From NCBI RefSeq assembly GCF_029227855.1, contig NZ_CP074356.1: a stretch of 64,000 bases of DNA, one strand, 5' to 3'. Origin of the DNA: Escherichia coli. GTDB lineage: Bacteria > Pseudomonadota > Gammaproteobacteria > Enterobacterales > Enterobacteriaceae. A program made the translations under genes and the position numbers. Below, in pieces: positions 20,343-30,232 of the stretch. The first letter of the stretch is position 1. Each line of letters starts with the position of its first letter. The notes under the pieces were generated by a model that searched no databases, was not told where the DNA came from, and saw only the letters and a program-made list of their open reading frames with translations.

Positions 20343-20566
20343 ACCTGAAAGTGAGTCCTTCTGGTGTTGTGAATGGTCCCGCGCTGGTCGTTTTCAGCGG
20401 CAAGAAAGTGCTTATTTATGACCGCTCACTCTAGACAATATTTATTAATAATCCAATTGTTGAACTGAGAGAATATGCATAAATCGGCAATTTTTTTATG
20501 TCGATGGGATGAGCCTGATTCGTTTGTAAAATCAGGCAAATTTTTGCAAAGGCGGATGGTCAGAAT

Positions 20567-21910
20567 TTAAAGCAAACCACAGCGACGTTTACTGCGTTCT
20601 TCCGCTTCCTGATAAAGCTGGAACTCATCCAAAACCGGGCAGCCCAACGCCTGCTCAAATGCTTCGCGACTGGCATTACCGTGACTGCGTGCCTGCGTTT
20701 CATTACCCAGATTTGACTGGAAGATCCCCGCCGCGCTAACAGGCAAGAAATCTTCATAGGTAATGGGTTGCGCCACTACCCAACCACGTTCAATTAAGGG
20801 CTGTGGATCGTCTCCGGGATGAATCGCCTGACGATGCGCCTCACCTGAAGGCGTCAGACGGTACCGGAACCATGCCAACCCTTGCTGACGCATTAAAAAC
20901 TCACTGTCAGGAAAAGTGCGGAAGGTTTCCTGTAAATGCATTTGGTGAGTGAGATTATCCTGCCCGGTTCCAGCGTTCCGCAGTAGATCATCATACAGTT
21001 GTCGTCCTTTCGGCGTTAATGCCACGCCACGCTGCTCTATTTCACCAAAGCGCGCGGTATGCGTGCCCTGTTTCTGCCCTGCAAACAACACCGTCTCTTC
21101 CAGTGCTTTAAAACTGGTCTGGCGTAGTAAAATGGGTACATCGCGGCGCGGCGGCCCTTCGATCAGAATTTTGGGTTCAATTCCGCATTCAGGCATCATC
21201 GACTGCACCCGGTCAATATCCAGCGTGCGTGGCGTCAGGTGGTTGATATGGCATCCAGGAAAACAGACCACATCAGCAATCAGCCGATGTTCGTTATGCA
21301 AGGCGCGATAGGTTACTTCATCCACCGTTGCTGACTGGTGCCAGCGAAACGTTTCCAGGGCTTCCTGCACAAATTCCTGTGCCTGTGTTTCGTTAAAACC
21401 GCCCCGCTGCTCATACTCCTCTAACAGTTGTCGACAACGTGGGGTGAAGATATCGCGCTGACGCAGAATCTCCGCCGCTTTCTGGCGCAAAAATTCGTTC
21501 TCGATAAGCTCAAGGCGGAGTAATGAGGTAAAAATGCGGAAGGGATTATGCGCCAGAGAAGCATCATCAATGGGCCGAAATGCTGTGGAATGTACCGGCA
21601 CTCCCGCCTGCGAGAGATCGTAATAGCTCACCGGGTACATCCCCATAATGGCAAACATCCGCCGAAGAGTAGCAAGCTCTTGTGCAGTCCCAACGCGAAT
21701 TGCCCCATGACGTTCAACATTCAGTCGCGCCAGCTCGTCTGCATTTACCATTTTTTCGTGCAGTTGAGGATTGTTTTCCAGCACAGCCAGATTCACATCA
21801 GCTACCAGTTCCTGCAGCGTGCCGTACTGCGGAACTTCTTGCTGGTACATGGCTGACATTGCCTGCGAAAACTGTTCCCGAATCTCATCCGCCGTGATGC
21901 TGTTCGCCAT
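20567..21910 (-). CDS. ydcJ: DUF1338-family protein YdcJ (447 aa)
   Basis: Length and synteny as in K-12. Confidence 0.9.
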   Translation of the reverse strand: MANSITADEIREQFSQAMSAMYQQEVPQYGTLQELVADVNLAVLENNPQLHEKMVNADELARLNVERHGAIRVGTAQELATLRRMFAIMGMYPVSYYDLSQAGVPVHSTAFRPIDDASLAHNPFRIFTSLLRLELIENEFLRQKAAEILRQRDIFTPRCRQLLEEYEQRGGFNETQAQEFVQEALETFRWHQSATVDEVTYRALHNEHRLIADVVCFPGCHINHLTPRTLDIDRVQSMMPECGIEPKILIEGPPRRDVPILLRQTSFKALEETVLFAGQKQGTHTARFGEIEQRGVALTPKGRQLYDDLLRNAGTGQDNLTHQMHLQETFRTFPDSEFLMRQQGLAWFRYRLTPSGEAHRQAIHPGDDPQPLIERGWVVAQPITYEDFLPVSAAGIFQSNLGNETQARSHGNASREAFEQALGCPVLDEFQLYQEAEERSKRRCGLL

Positions 21911-22126
21911 AGTGTCTGCCTCCAGTGGTCAGTAATCTGGAGTGTAGGTAACCGCATTCACTCCGGCGGGAAGAATTTACAAACTGTGATCTCGCCGCGA
22001 AAACATCAATATTATCCATTTTGCTGTAACATAATTACTTTAATTGTTAATAATATTTTGCAATCAAGTTATCATAATCAAACAACTTCACTTGTCAGCG
22101 ACACCGCTTCGTTTTTAACATCGCTT

Positions 22127-23050
22127 ATGGAAAAAAATAGTCTGTTTAGTCAGCGCATCCGTTTGCGCCACCTTCATACATTCGTAGCTGTCGCACAACA
22201 AGGAACTTTGGGGCGCGCGGCTGAAACCCTTAATTTGAGTCAACCTGCGCTCTCTAAGACATTGAATGAACTGGAGCAGCTGACGGGCGCTCGCTTGTTT
22301 GAGCGTGGTCGTCAGGGGGCGCAACTTACCTTACCCGGCGAACAATTTTTAACGCATGCAGTCAGAGTTCTTGACGCCATCAACACTGCTGGACAGTCGC
22401 TTCATCGTAAAGAAGGTCTTAATAATGATGTCGTCAGGGTTGGTGCACTACCGACCGCGGCACTGGGGATATTACCTTCGGTTATAGGTCAGTTTCATCA
22501 GCAACAAAAAGAGACGACCTTGCAAGTTGCGACAATGAGTAACCCTATGATTCTTTCGGGTTTAAAAACCGGGGAAATCGATATCGGCATTGGTCGGATG
22601 TCAGATCCTGAACTGATGACCGGACTTAATTACGAACTGCTGTTTCTTGAATCGCTGAAGCTGGTTGTCCGCCCTAATCACCCGCTACTTCAGGAAAACG
22701 TAACGCTAAGCCGGGTGCTGGAATGGCCGGTCGTTGTATCACCAGAAGGCACTGCGCCACGCCAGCATTCAGATGCATTAGTGCAGAGCCAGGGATGTAA
22801 AATTCCTTCGGGTTGTATCGAAACGCTGTCTGCTTCGCTATCTCGTCAACTTACGGTTGAATACGACTACGTGTGGTTTGTCCCTTCTGGCGCTGTAAAA
22901 GACGACCTGCGTCATGCCACGCTGGTGGCCCTGCCTGTTCCGGGACATGGTGCAGGCGAACCGATTGGAATACTGACCCGCGTAGATGCAACGTTCTCTT
23001 CTGGTTGCCAGTTGATGATTAACGCTATTCGAAAATCAATGCCGTTCTGA
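22127..23050 (+). CDS. ydcI: LysR-family transcriptional regulator YdcI (307 aa from ATG 22127)
   Basis: N-terminal LysR HTH (LRHLHTFVAVAQQGTLGRAAETLNLSQPALSKTLNELE); the longer ORF from 21986 is an upstream extension. Confidence 0.85.
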   Translation: MEKNSLFSQRIRLRHLHTFVAVAQQGTLGRAAETLNLSQPALSKTLNELEQLTGARLFERGRQGAQLTLPGEQFLTHAVRVLDAINTAGQSLHRKEGLNNDVVRVGALPTAALGILPSVIGQFHQQQKETTLQVATMSNPMILSGLKTGEIDIGIGRMSDPELMTGLNYELLFLESLKLVVRPNHPLLQENVTLSRVLEWPVVVSPEGTAPRQHSDALVQSQGCKIPSGCIETLSASLSRQLTVEYDYVWFVPSGAVKDDLRHATLVALPVPGHGAGEPIGILTRVDATFSSGCQLMINAIRKSMPF

Positions 23051-23088
23051 AAGGTGAAGGGATCTGTCGATCCCTTCCTTGAACATTT

Positions 23089-24729
23089 TCACACCGTAGC
23101 GAAACTAACTGGTTCACCCGCTCCGCGAGGTACTGCCGACACGGAATGTTTGTTCAGACGGAATACGTCCACCGCCTCAGTTAATCGTGCAGCCTGTTCT
23201 TCAAGGGACACCGCCGCCGCTGAGGCCTCTTCTACCAGAGAAGCATTCTGTTGCGTCACCTTATCCATTTCAGAAATCGCCTGGCTAACCTGCGTTATGC
23301 CTCTACTTTGTTCATCCGAGGCGGCGGCGATTTCCTGCATGATATGTGTGACACTCGCGACGGCATCAACAATAGTGCTCATGGTTTTACCTGCCGTTGC
23401 CACCTCATCCGATCCCAGGTCAATTAATCTGACTGATTCACTGATCAAGCCTTCAATCTCTTTCGCCGCCTGAGCGCTGCGGCTTGCGAGTGTCCGTACT
23501 TCGCTGGCGACAACGGCAAATCCACGTCCTTGCTCACCCGCTCGCGCGGCTTCAACGGCAGCATTCAGTGCCAGAATATTCGTCTGGAAAGCAATACTGT
23601 TGATGACGGAAGTGATCTCGGAAATTTTCTTCGAACTCGTGGAGATAGCGCCCATCGTTTTTACTACACCGGAAACCGTCTGCCCGCCATCGCTGGCTTT
23701 AATAGAAGCCTCTTGCGCCAGTTTGCTGGCATGATGCGCGTTATCCGCATTCTGTTTCACCGTCGCAGTGAGTTGCTCCATGCTGGCGGCAGTTTGTTCG
23801 ATTGCCGCCGCTTGTTCTTCGGTGCGAGATGAAAGGTCCGCATTGCCAGCGGAAATTTCGCTGGTGCCACGATAAATCTCTTCCGCACCCTGTCGAACAG
23901 TCCCTACTGTCATCCCCAGTGAATGCTGCATTTGCTGTAAATGACGACTTAAGCGACCGATTTCATTACGACTCGCCGGTTCATCATTCATCGTCAGATC
24001 GCCACTGGCGATTTTTTCAATTCGTTGTGCGGCATGTTGCAGTGGACGAATGACGATCCGACGTAGCACTATAAATGTTATCAGCGTCATGACCAGGGCA
24101 AGCACAAACGCGCCAATCATGAACATCCCACCCAGGCGGGTGCGCTGATGGGCCAGTTCCGCCAGTTGGTTGGCTCTGGTGCTACGTATCTTAACGGCTT
24201 TGCTCAAAATATCGGTATAAGCATTATCCAGCGGTCGGATCTGCTCACTTTCATGATTGATAATCGCTTCAAACATGCCATTTTTGGCATATTTCAACAT
24301 CGGTTGCATACCCGTGATATAAGCCTGGAAGCGTTGATTTAATTCAGTGTCGAGGGCTTCATCAGCAGGTGTTTTCACCGACCGATTCTGATAAGCACGA
24401 TAACCTTGCTGCGACTGTTTAATCTCCGATTCGGCTTGCGCAATATTTCGCTTCATTGCTTCCATTTCCGCAATACGACTCGCAGCACCGGCCTGAATCA
24501 TATTGATCCGGGCTGAACGCAAAAAATCTGAACTGTTCGCTAACCCGGTCCGAATCTCAATCTCCGCAGTAACATCACGCTGATCGCGATCGGCCTGCCA
24601 AAGGAAATAGCCGGCCAGGGCTGAACTTAATGCGAATAGAACTAAGATACCGCCAAGAATGCAGGCAAATAACGGAACCAGCCTGATGTGATGCAAAAAA
24701 CCTAATCGCTGTGAGGGAGTTGTATTCAT
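23089..24729 (-). CDS. trg: Methyl-accepting chemotaxis protein III Trg (ribose/galactose sensor), 546 aa
   Basis: Two TM segments, HAMP domain and the highly conserved MCP signalling domain with methylation sites in the translation. Confidence 0.95.
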   Translation of the reverse strand: MNTTPSQRLGFLHHIRLVPLFACILGGILVLFALSSALAGYFLWQADRDQRDVTAEIEIRTGLANSSDFLRSARINMIQAGAASRIAEMEAMKRNIAQAESEIKQSQQGYRAYQNRSVKTPADEALDTELNQRFQAYITGMQPMLKYAKNGMFEAIINHESEQIRPLDNAYTDILSKAVKIRSTRANQLAELAHQRTRLGGMFMIGAFVLALVMTLITFIVLRRIVIRPLQHAAQRIEKIASGDLTMNDEPASRNEIGRLSRHLQQMQHSLGMTVGTVRQGAEEIYRGTSEISAGNADLSSRTEEQAAAIEQTAASMEQLTATVKQNADNAHHASKLAQEASIKASDGGQTVSGVVKTMGAISTSSKKISEITSVINSIAFQTNILALNAAVEAARAGEQGRGFAVVASEVRTLASRSAQAAKEIEGLISESVRLIDLGSDEVATAGKTMSTIVDAVASVTHIMQEIAAASDEQSRGITQVSQAISEMDKVTQQNASLVEEASAAAVSLEEQAARLTEAVDVFRLNKHSVSAVPRGAGEPVSFATV

Positions 24730-24768
24730 TACCGTTGTCTCTCTTCCAGGTTTACTCCTGATAGAAAG

Positions 24769-24795
24769 TCATCGGCACTTGACGGTAATTTCTTA
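24769..24795 (-). promoter_or_regulatory. Putative sigma28 (FliA) promoter of trg
   Basis: On the minus strand TAAGAAAT-N11-GCCGATGA resembles the TAAAGTTT-N11-GCCGATAA consensus, ~40 bp upstream of the trg ATG. Confidence 0.4.
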
Positions 24796-25021
24796 CGACC
24801 AAAAACCTCTTTGCGTCACATTTTTACAACAATTATGGCAGAGAAGAATAATGCCATTGGAATGAAGAGAGTAACGAATGATTAAACTGGCTAAACCGAA
24901 TGACGAAAAATTCTGGAAAACAGCACGCAATTTCGTGAAGTGATTATTTTCGTCCCTAAGGAAACCTCATAGGATGCCTGCGGGTGCCTGAGACTTTCTG
25001 TTTTCAGGCTAACCGGGAATC

Positions 25022-25087
25022 AGAAAGACGAAGGCCCCGACCGATATTTCTATCAACCGAGGCCAACGAATGAACCAAGCAATTCAG

Positions 25088-25100
<13 letters not shown>
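25022..25100 (-). ncRNA. sokB: SokB antisense RNA of the hokB type I toxin-antitoxin locus (approximate extent)
   Basis: Inferred from position antisense to the mokB/hokB leader, with a candidate hairpin plus U-rich tail on the minus strand; boundaries not determined. Confidence 0.3.
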
Positions 25101-25277
<177 letters not shown>

Positions 25278-25283
25278 GGGCAA

Positions 25284-25304
25284 GCGCGGGGATTTTCCCC
25301 GCGC
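25284..25304 (+). terminator. Hairpin gcgcgggg/ccccgcgc immediately 3' of hokB
   Basis: Seen directly; lies between the convergent stops of hokB and ydcA. Confidence 0.4.
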
Positions 25305-25348
25305 ATCTGACTAGCAGATTCATTTTCTCATGGCACCCCTTTTACACT

Positions 25349-25522
25349 TCAGTTAGTGCATGTTTTTTTCGATGCACTAATAGAACCATCATTACAGACA
25401 AATTTGCCGCCTGCCGTACAGTGTGAGATCCCCCCTTTCGAACCAGAACAGGGTTTGCGCCCGGCATCGGCATAAAAGGAAACAAGCGTTCCCATAAACA
25501 AGATAAGTGCCAGTTTTTTCAT
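25349..25522 (-). CDS. ydcA: Small secreted protein YdcA (57 aa)
   Basis: Hand translation MKKLALILFMGTLVSFYADAGRKPCSGSKGGISHCTAGGKFVCNDGSISASKKTCTN with signal peptide and GGAGG RBS. Confidence 0.8.
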   Translation of the reverse strand: MKKLALILFMGTLVSFYADAGRKPCSGSKGGISHCTAGGKFVCNDGSISASKKTCTN

Positions 25523-25692
25523 ATAACCTCCATGGTTTATCGAATCTTATGTTCGATTTGAACGTTATACGCTGGTTTATTTTGATACCGTTGATGAGAT
25601 CAAAGATCGGGTGAATTGATTAAAGATAAGCCAGATGGACGTATGGATAAGGATTATGGTTTTATTTGTCATACAAATAAATATAATAGGCG

Positions 25693-25756
25693 CTTCCGAT
25701 GTAGACCCGTATTCTTCGCCTGTACCACGGGTCGGTTTTAGTACAGGCGTTTTCTT
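25693..25756 (+). ncRNA. rydC: Hfq-dependent small RNA RydC (64 nt, pseudoknot)
   Basis: cttccgatgtagacccgtattcttcgcctgtaccacgggtcggttttagtacaggcgttttctt matches the RydC sequence as I recall it; located just 3' of cybB. Confidence 0.75.
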
Positions 25757-25766
25757 TAAATATCCT

Positions 25767-26297
25767 TCAGGAACGTTTACGCGGCATCATGCGTAGAAGT
25801 GTGTTGTCCTTCCAGAAATAGTGGTGTGCCAGTGCAGCCGCAGCGTGCAACCCGATGACAAAATATCCCAGATTCGCCAGCATTTCATGCCACGACTTTA
25901 AGCTATCAACCCGTTCGAAATTGGTCTCTGATGCATAAGGCATCGTCAAACCAAACGCAAACCACGGGTTGCCTCGGTTATACATCATCACCAAACCAAT
26001 CACTGGCAGCGCAATAAACAGGAGATAAATCACCAAATGTCCCAAATGCGCCAGTCCCGTCATCATCGGTTTTGGCTTAGGTATAATCGGCGGGGTTGGG
26101 TATTTCAGCCTTAACAAAAGACGAACGACCATCAGCACGAGAATTGATATGCCACAGGAAACATGAATCATGTTGATGAGTGGCCGATCGCTACGTGGGA
26201 AGAAACCCCGAAACTCCATTGCGCAATACGCTGCAATAACCAGCAAAAAGACCAGCCAGTGAATGCTGATTTGTAACCTTGAGTATTTATTTCCCAT
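25767..26297 (-). CDS. cybB: Cytochrome b561 CybB (176 aa from ATG 26297)
   Basis: Four-TM haem protein ORF; internal ATG matches the K-12 length. Confidence 0.9.
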   Translation of the reverse strand: MGNKYSRLQISIHWLVFLLVIAAYCAMEFRGFFPRSDRPLINMIHVSCGISILVLMVVRLLLRLKYPTPPIIPKPKPMMTGLAHLGHLVIYLLFIALPVIGLVMMYNRGNPWFAFGLTMPYASETNFERVDSLKSWHEMLANLGYFVIGLHAAAALAHHYFWKDNTLLRMMPRKRS

Positions 26298-26485
26298 AAC
26301 ATTTCCTGCTTTAACATAATTTGCCGTTAACATAACGAGCTTTTCTTAAAATTTCATTAAATATTGTTCACCCGTTTTCAGTACGTTACGTTTCACGGCA
26401 AGAATGTAGATTGCCCATCCCGCCATCGTGGTCTAAGCCTGGAAAGGATCAATTTTCATCCGAACGTTCCTGACAGGAGAAGACC

Positions 26486-27487
26486 ATGAGTAAAGTTGGT
26501 ATTAATGGTTTTGGTCGTATCGGTCGACTGGTGTTGCGTCGATTACTTGAAGTCAAAAGCAACATAGACATTGTTGCTATTAATGATCTCACTTCCCCAA
26601 AAATTCTCGCCTACCTGTTGAAACATGATTCAAACTACGGACCGTTCCCCTGGAGCGTTGATTTTACGGAAGATTCACTTATCGTTGATGGAAAAAGTAT
26701 CGCGGTTTACGCCGAAAAAGAGGCTAAAAATATTCCGTGGAAAGCGAAAGGCGCAGAAATCATTGTCGAATGTACTGGCTTTTATACCTCCGCCGAGAAA
26801 TCGCAGGCGCATCTTGATGCTGGTGCGAAGAAGGTGTTGATTTCCGCCCCTGCCGGTGAAATGAAAACCATCGTTTATAACGTCAATGACGACACACTGG
26901 ATGGCAACGACACCATTGTTTCCGTGGCGTCATGCACCACTAATTGTCTTGCACCGATGGCCAAAGCCTTGCACGACAGTTTCGGAATAGAAGTCGGCAC
27001 GATGACGACCATTCATGCCTATACCGGCACTCAGTCACTGGTGGATGGCCCGCGTGGTAAAGATCTACGCGCTTCACGTGCAGCGGCAGAAAATATCATT
27101 CCCCACACTACGGGGGCGGCAAAAGCCATTGGTCTGGTGATCCCAGAACTGAGCGGCAAACTGAAAGGTCATGCACAACGCGTACCCGTGAAAACCGGTT
27201 CGGTGACTGAACTGGTGTCTATTCTTGGAAAAAAAGTGACTGCCGAAGAGGTGAACAACGCGCTTAAAAACGCGACAAACAATAACGAGTCATTTGGTTA
27301 TACCGATGAAGAAATAGTCTCTTCCGATATCATTGGCAGCCATTTCGGTTCGGTGTTTGATGCCACGCAAACCGAAATTACCGCCGTGGGCGATTTACAG
27401 CTGGTGAAAACGGTCGCCTGGTATGATAACGAATATGGCTTCGTCACGCAGCTTATTCGCACCCTCGAAAAATTCGCTAAACTCTGA
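26486..27487 (+). CDS. gapC: Glyceraldehyde-3-phosphate dehydrogenase GapC, intact 333-aa ORF
   Basis: NAD-binding [10 protein letters not shown] and catalytic [10 protein letters not shown] motifs; uninterrupted frame with AGGAGA RBS. Confidence 0.9.
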   Translation: MSKVGINGFGRIGRLVLRRLLEVKSNIDIVAINDLTSPKILAYLLKHDSNYGPFPWSVDFTEDSLIVDGKSIAVYAEKEAKNIPWKAKGAEIIVECTGFYTSAEKSQAHLDAGAKKVLISAPAGEMKTIVYNVNDDTLDGNDTIVSVASCTTNCLAPMAKALHDSFGIEVGTMTTIHAYTGTQSLVDGPRGKDLRASRAAAENIIPHTTGAAKAIGLVIPELSGKLKGHAQRVPVKTGSVTELVSILGKKVTAEEVNNALKNATNNNESFGYTDEEIVSSDIIGSHFGSVFDATQTEITAVGDLQLVKTVAWYDNEYGFVTQLIRTLEKFAKL

Positions 27488-27495
27488 CGCACACA

Positions 27496-27516
27496 GGCGG
27501 AGGAAAAACCTCCGCC
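27496..27516. terminator. Bidirectional intrinsic terminator between convergent gapC and aldA (ggcggagg aaaaa cctccgcc)
   Basis: Seen directly. Confidence 0.5.
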
Positions 27517-27527
27517 TCTTCCACTCA

Positions 27528-28967
27528 TTAAGACTGTAAATAAACCACCTGGGTCTGCAGATATTCATGCAGGCCATGTTTACCATCTGCGCCGCCAATA
27601 CCGGATTTACGCCATCCGGCGTGGAATCCTTGCATAGCTTCGAAGTTTTCACGGTTGATGTAAGTTTCACCAAACTTCAGCCCTTTAATGGCTTTCATCG
27701 CGACGTTCAGATTTTGGGTATAGATTGATGAGGTCAGGCCGTAATCACTGTCATTAGCCATTGCGATAGCCTCTTCCAGCGTGTCAAATGCGACCACTGG
27801 CAGCACCGGGCCAAAGGTTTCCTCGTGCATAATCGACATATCCTGGCGAACATCCAGCAGCAATGTCGGCGGATAATAATATCCTTTCCCCTCTACCGCT
27901 TTGCCACCCAACGCCACTCTCGCCCCTTCTTCTACTGCGCGCGCCACTTTTTGCTCGACCCTTTCCAGCGCCGCGGCGTTAATCAACGGCCCCATCGCAA
28001 TGTCGTTGCGTTCAGCGGGGTTACCAAATTGAACCGCCTGCAACGCTTCACCCAGCCGATTGACGAACTGATCATAAATGCCTTTCTGTACATAAACACG
28101 TTCTGCACAGTTACACACTTGCCCACTATTAATGACGCGTGAATCAACGATGGCTTTGACTGCCAGTTCAAGATCGGCATCGTCCATTACGATAGCCGGT
28201 GCTTTACCCCCCAGTTCCAGGCACACTTTGGTGATGTTTTTCGCCGCAGTCGCCATAATCTTTTCACCTGCAGAGACGCTGCCTGTCATACTGACCATTG
28301 CGACCTTTGGGTTACCCGCCAGTTCTTGCCCAACGGTTTCACCACGCCCCAGAACAAGGTTAAACACGCCGCGCGGAAGGCCTATTTCATCGACGATTTT
28401 GGCGAATGCAATCGCATTGTTTGGCGTAAATTCACTGGGTTTAATGACGATGGTATTACCGGTCAAAAGAGCGGGAGCCATTTTGCGGGCAATGAGGAAG
28501 AACGGGAAGTTCCACGGCAGAATGCCGGTAGTCACGCCAAGCGCACGTTTGAACAGAAGAATATTTTCTCCTGGACGATCGCTTTGAATAATCTCGCCTT
28601 CATAACGCCGTGCCCACTCCGCCATGTAATCGATATAGTCCGCAGTAAAAGCCACTTCGACTTCAGCCAGCTGCTGGATCTTGCCCCCTTCTTCAACAAT
28701 CAGCGCACTGATTTCGCTGGCGCGTTTGCGGATCCCGGCGGAGATTTTGCGCAACCAACTGGCGCGTTCAATAGCAGGCAACGCTTCCCATTCTGGTTGT
28801 GCACGTTCTGCTGCATCGATTGCCTTACGGGCATCCTCGGCCTGACCATCGGGAATGCGGGAAATGACAGCCTCTGTAGCAGGGTTTACCACATCAATCC
28901 ATGCGTCTCCACGCCAGGTAACAAACTGTCCATCAATATACATAGGATGTTGAACGGGTACTGACAT
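27528..28967 (-). CDS. aldA: Lactaldehyde/glycolaldehyde dehydrogenase AldA (479 aa)
   Basis: Aldehyde dehydrogenase with catalytic motifs (ELGGKAP; NSGQVCNCAER); recognised sequence. Confidence 0.95.
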   Translation of the reverse strand: MSVPVQHPMYIDGQFVTWRGDAWIDVVNPATEAVISRIPDGQAEDARKAIDAAERAQPEWEALPAIERASWLRKISAGIRKRASEISALIVEEGGKIQQLAEVEVAFTADYIDYMAEWARRYEGEIIQSDRPGENILLFKRALGVTTGILPWNFPFFLIARKMAPALLTGNTIVIKPSEFTPNNAIAFAKIVDEIGLPRGVFNLVLGRGETVGQELAGNPKVAMVSMTGSVSAGEKIMATAAKNITKVCLELGGKAPAIVMDDADLELAVKAIVDSRVINSGQVCNCAERVYVQKGIYDQFVNRLGEALQAVQFGNPAERNDIAMGPLINAAALERVEQKVARAVEEGARVALGGKAVEGKGYYYPPTLLLDVRQDMSIMHEETFGPVLPVVAFDTLEEAIAMANDSDYGLTSSIYTQNLNVAMKAIKGLKFGETYINRENFEAMQGFHAGWRKSGIGGADGKHGLHEYLQTQVVYLQS

Positions 28968-29163
28968 GAGCGGCTCCTGTGATTTATATGTTTGTTTTTG
29001 GTAAATACATTGTTAATTAACATCAATCATCAGAGAGACGGCATCATGAAAGGACAATTCTGTGAAGGGCTTCATAAAAACAAGTGTAAAAGGAATAAGA
29101 GGCAGAAATAAAAGGCAGGAGTTATGCCCGTTTGCAAACAAGTGGTTCACAAACGGGCAATTT

Positions 29164-29964
29164 TTAACGTAACGAGCGACTTTCCATCGCCTCGATGAGC
29201 ACCGCATCGTGTTTCAGAGTTTGCCATGCATGGATGACTTCTGCCGGAAAATCAACGTGAACGATAAAATCTCGCCCGCGGGGACCGTAGCCATCGCTAT
29301 CATCGCGTAAACGCGGCAGCTCGCCAGTGAGTAGTGAGAGATAACGCTCAACCGGCCATAATCCTTGCAACGGATTAACAAAGATTACACTGTCTGCGTT
29401 ATTTCCTAACTGAGGAACGAATCCGGGATAACTTAACCAGCGTGGTGCATCGGGATTGTCCCCAGTCATACGGCGGAACGTCGCCATCGTGCGCCGCTGC
29501 ATGGTGGGGTCCTGAACAACGATAGCCGTATGAACTCGTTCTACGGCCTGATTCAATAGCGCGATGCTAAAGCGTGCGTTTTCACCGCAGTTTGTTGACT
29601 GGTCTTCAATCCAGATTTTTTCATGCGGAATGTGCCAGAACTGATGAGCGATATCCGCCAGGATGGTCGCTTCTGCTCTGCCAGTGGTGCGGATAGTGTT
29701 GTAGTGCAGATGCTGTGCGATGGCGCTATACAAAAAAGTTGTCGAGTGACCGATACCACCACTAATCAGTAAAGGAATTTGCTGATCGCGGGCAATCTTA
29801 CATGCCGCATCTATAGTCGGCATAACCGCATTGCCTGCAAGGATCACGCAATCGGCCTGATACGGCATCTCACCGGAGAAATCATCCTGCGCCAGCCACT
29901 GACCGATAACATTTATGGCATCTATGGTTGCCGGCGAAAGCGTCGGAAACGGGGTAATGTTCAT
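29164..29964 (-). CDS. ydcF: DUF218-domain protein YdcF (266 aa)
   Basis: Length and synteny as in K-12. Confidence 0.9.
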   Translation of the reverse strand: MNITPFPTLSPATIDAINVIGQWLAQDDFSGEMPYQADCVILAGNAVMPTIDAACKIARDQQIPLLISGGIGHSTTFLYSAIAQHLHYNTIRTTGRAEATILADIAHQFWHIPHEKIWIEDQSTNCGENARFSIALLNQAVERVHTAIVVQDPTMQRRTMATFRRMTGDNPDAPRWLSYPGFVPQLGNNADSVIFVNPLQGLWPVERYLSLLTGELPRLRDDSDGYGPRGRDFIVHVDFPAEVIHAWQTLKHDAVLIEAMESRSLR

Positions 29965-30232
29965 GGTTCCTCCTTATCGTTCCCTTAAGAATACTGCGTG
30001 AGATAATAATGAGAAGCGGAGCACTCTGAAAGGAGGAAGTCGTATGTCCTTAACCGCCACTCCGAAAGCCTGACATATCTTTTAAGGAAATGCTGTAGAT
30101 AAACATTATTCATCTTGCAGCAGAGAATTGTATTTTTCTGAATTCCTGAATTTTTACCCTTACCGTTTTAGAATTAATAAACCCGGCGCTAGATGCTTAC
30201 CGGGTTTTAGATTTATCAGGCAAATAGCAGGG

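Noticed and set aside
20505-20540. Hairpin gcctgatt...aatcaggc downstream of ydcJ as an intrinsic terminator
   Set aside because: The T-run follows the hairpin on the plus strand only, the wrong orientation for terminating ydcJ; left unannotated.
24878-24943. 21-codon ORF (MIKLAKPNDEKFWKTARNFVK) in the trg-hokB intergenic region
   Set aside because: No convincing RBS, not hydrophobic and no known small protein recalled at this position; most likely chance.
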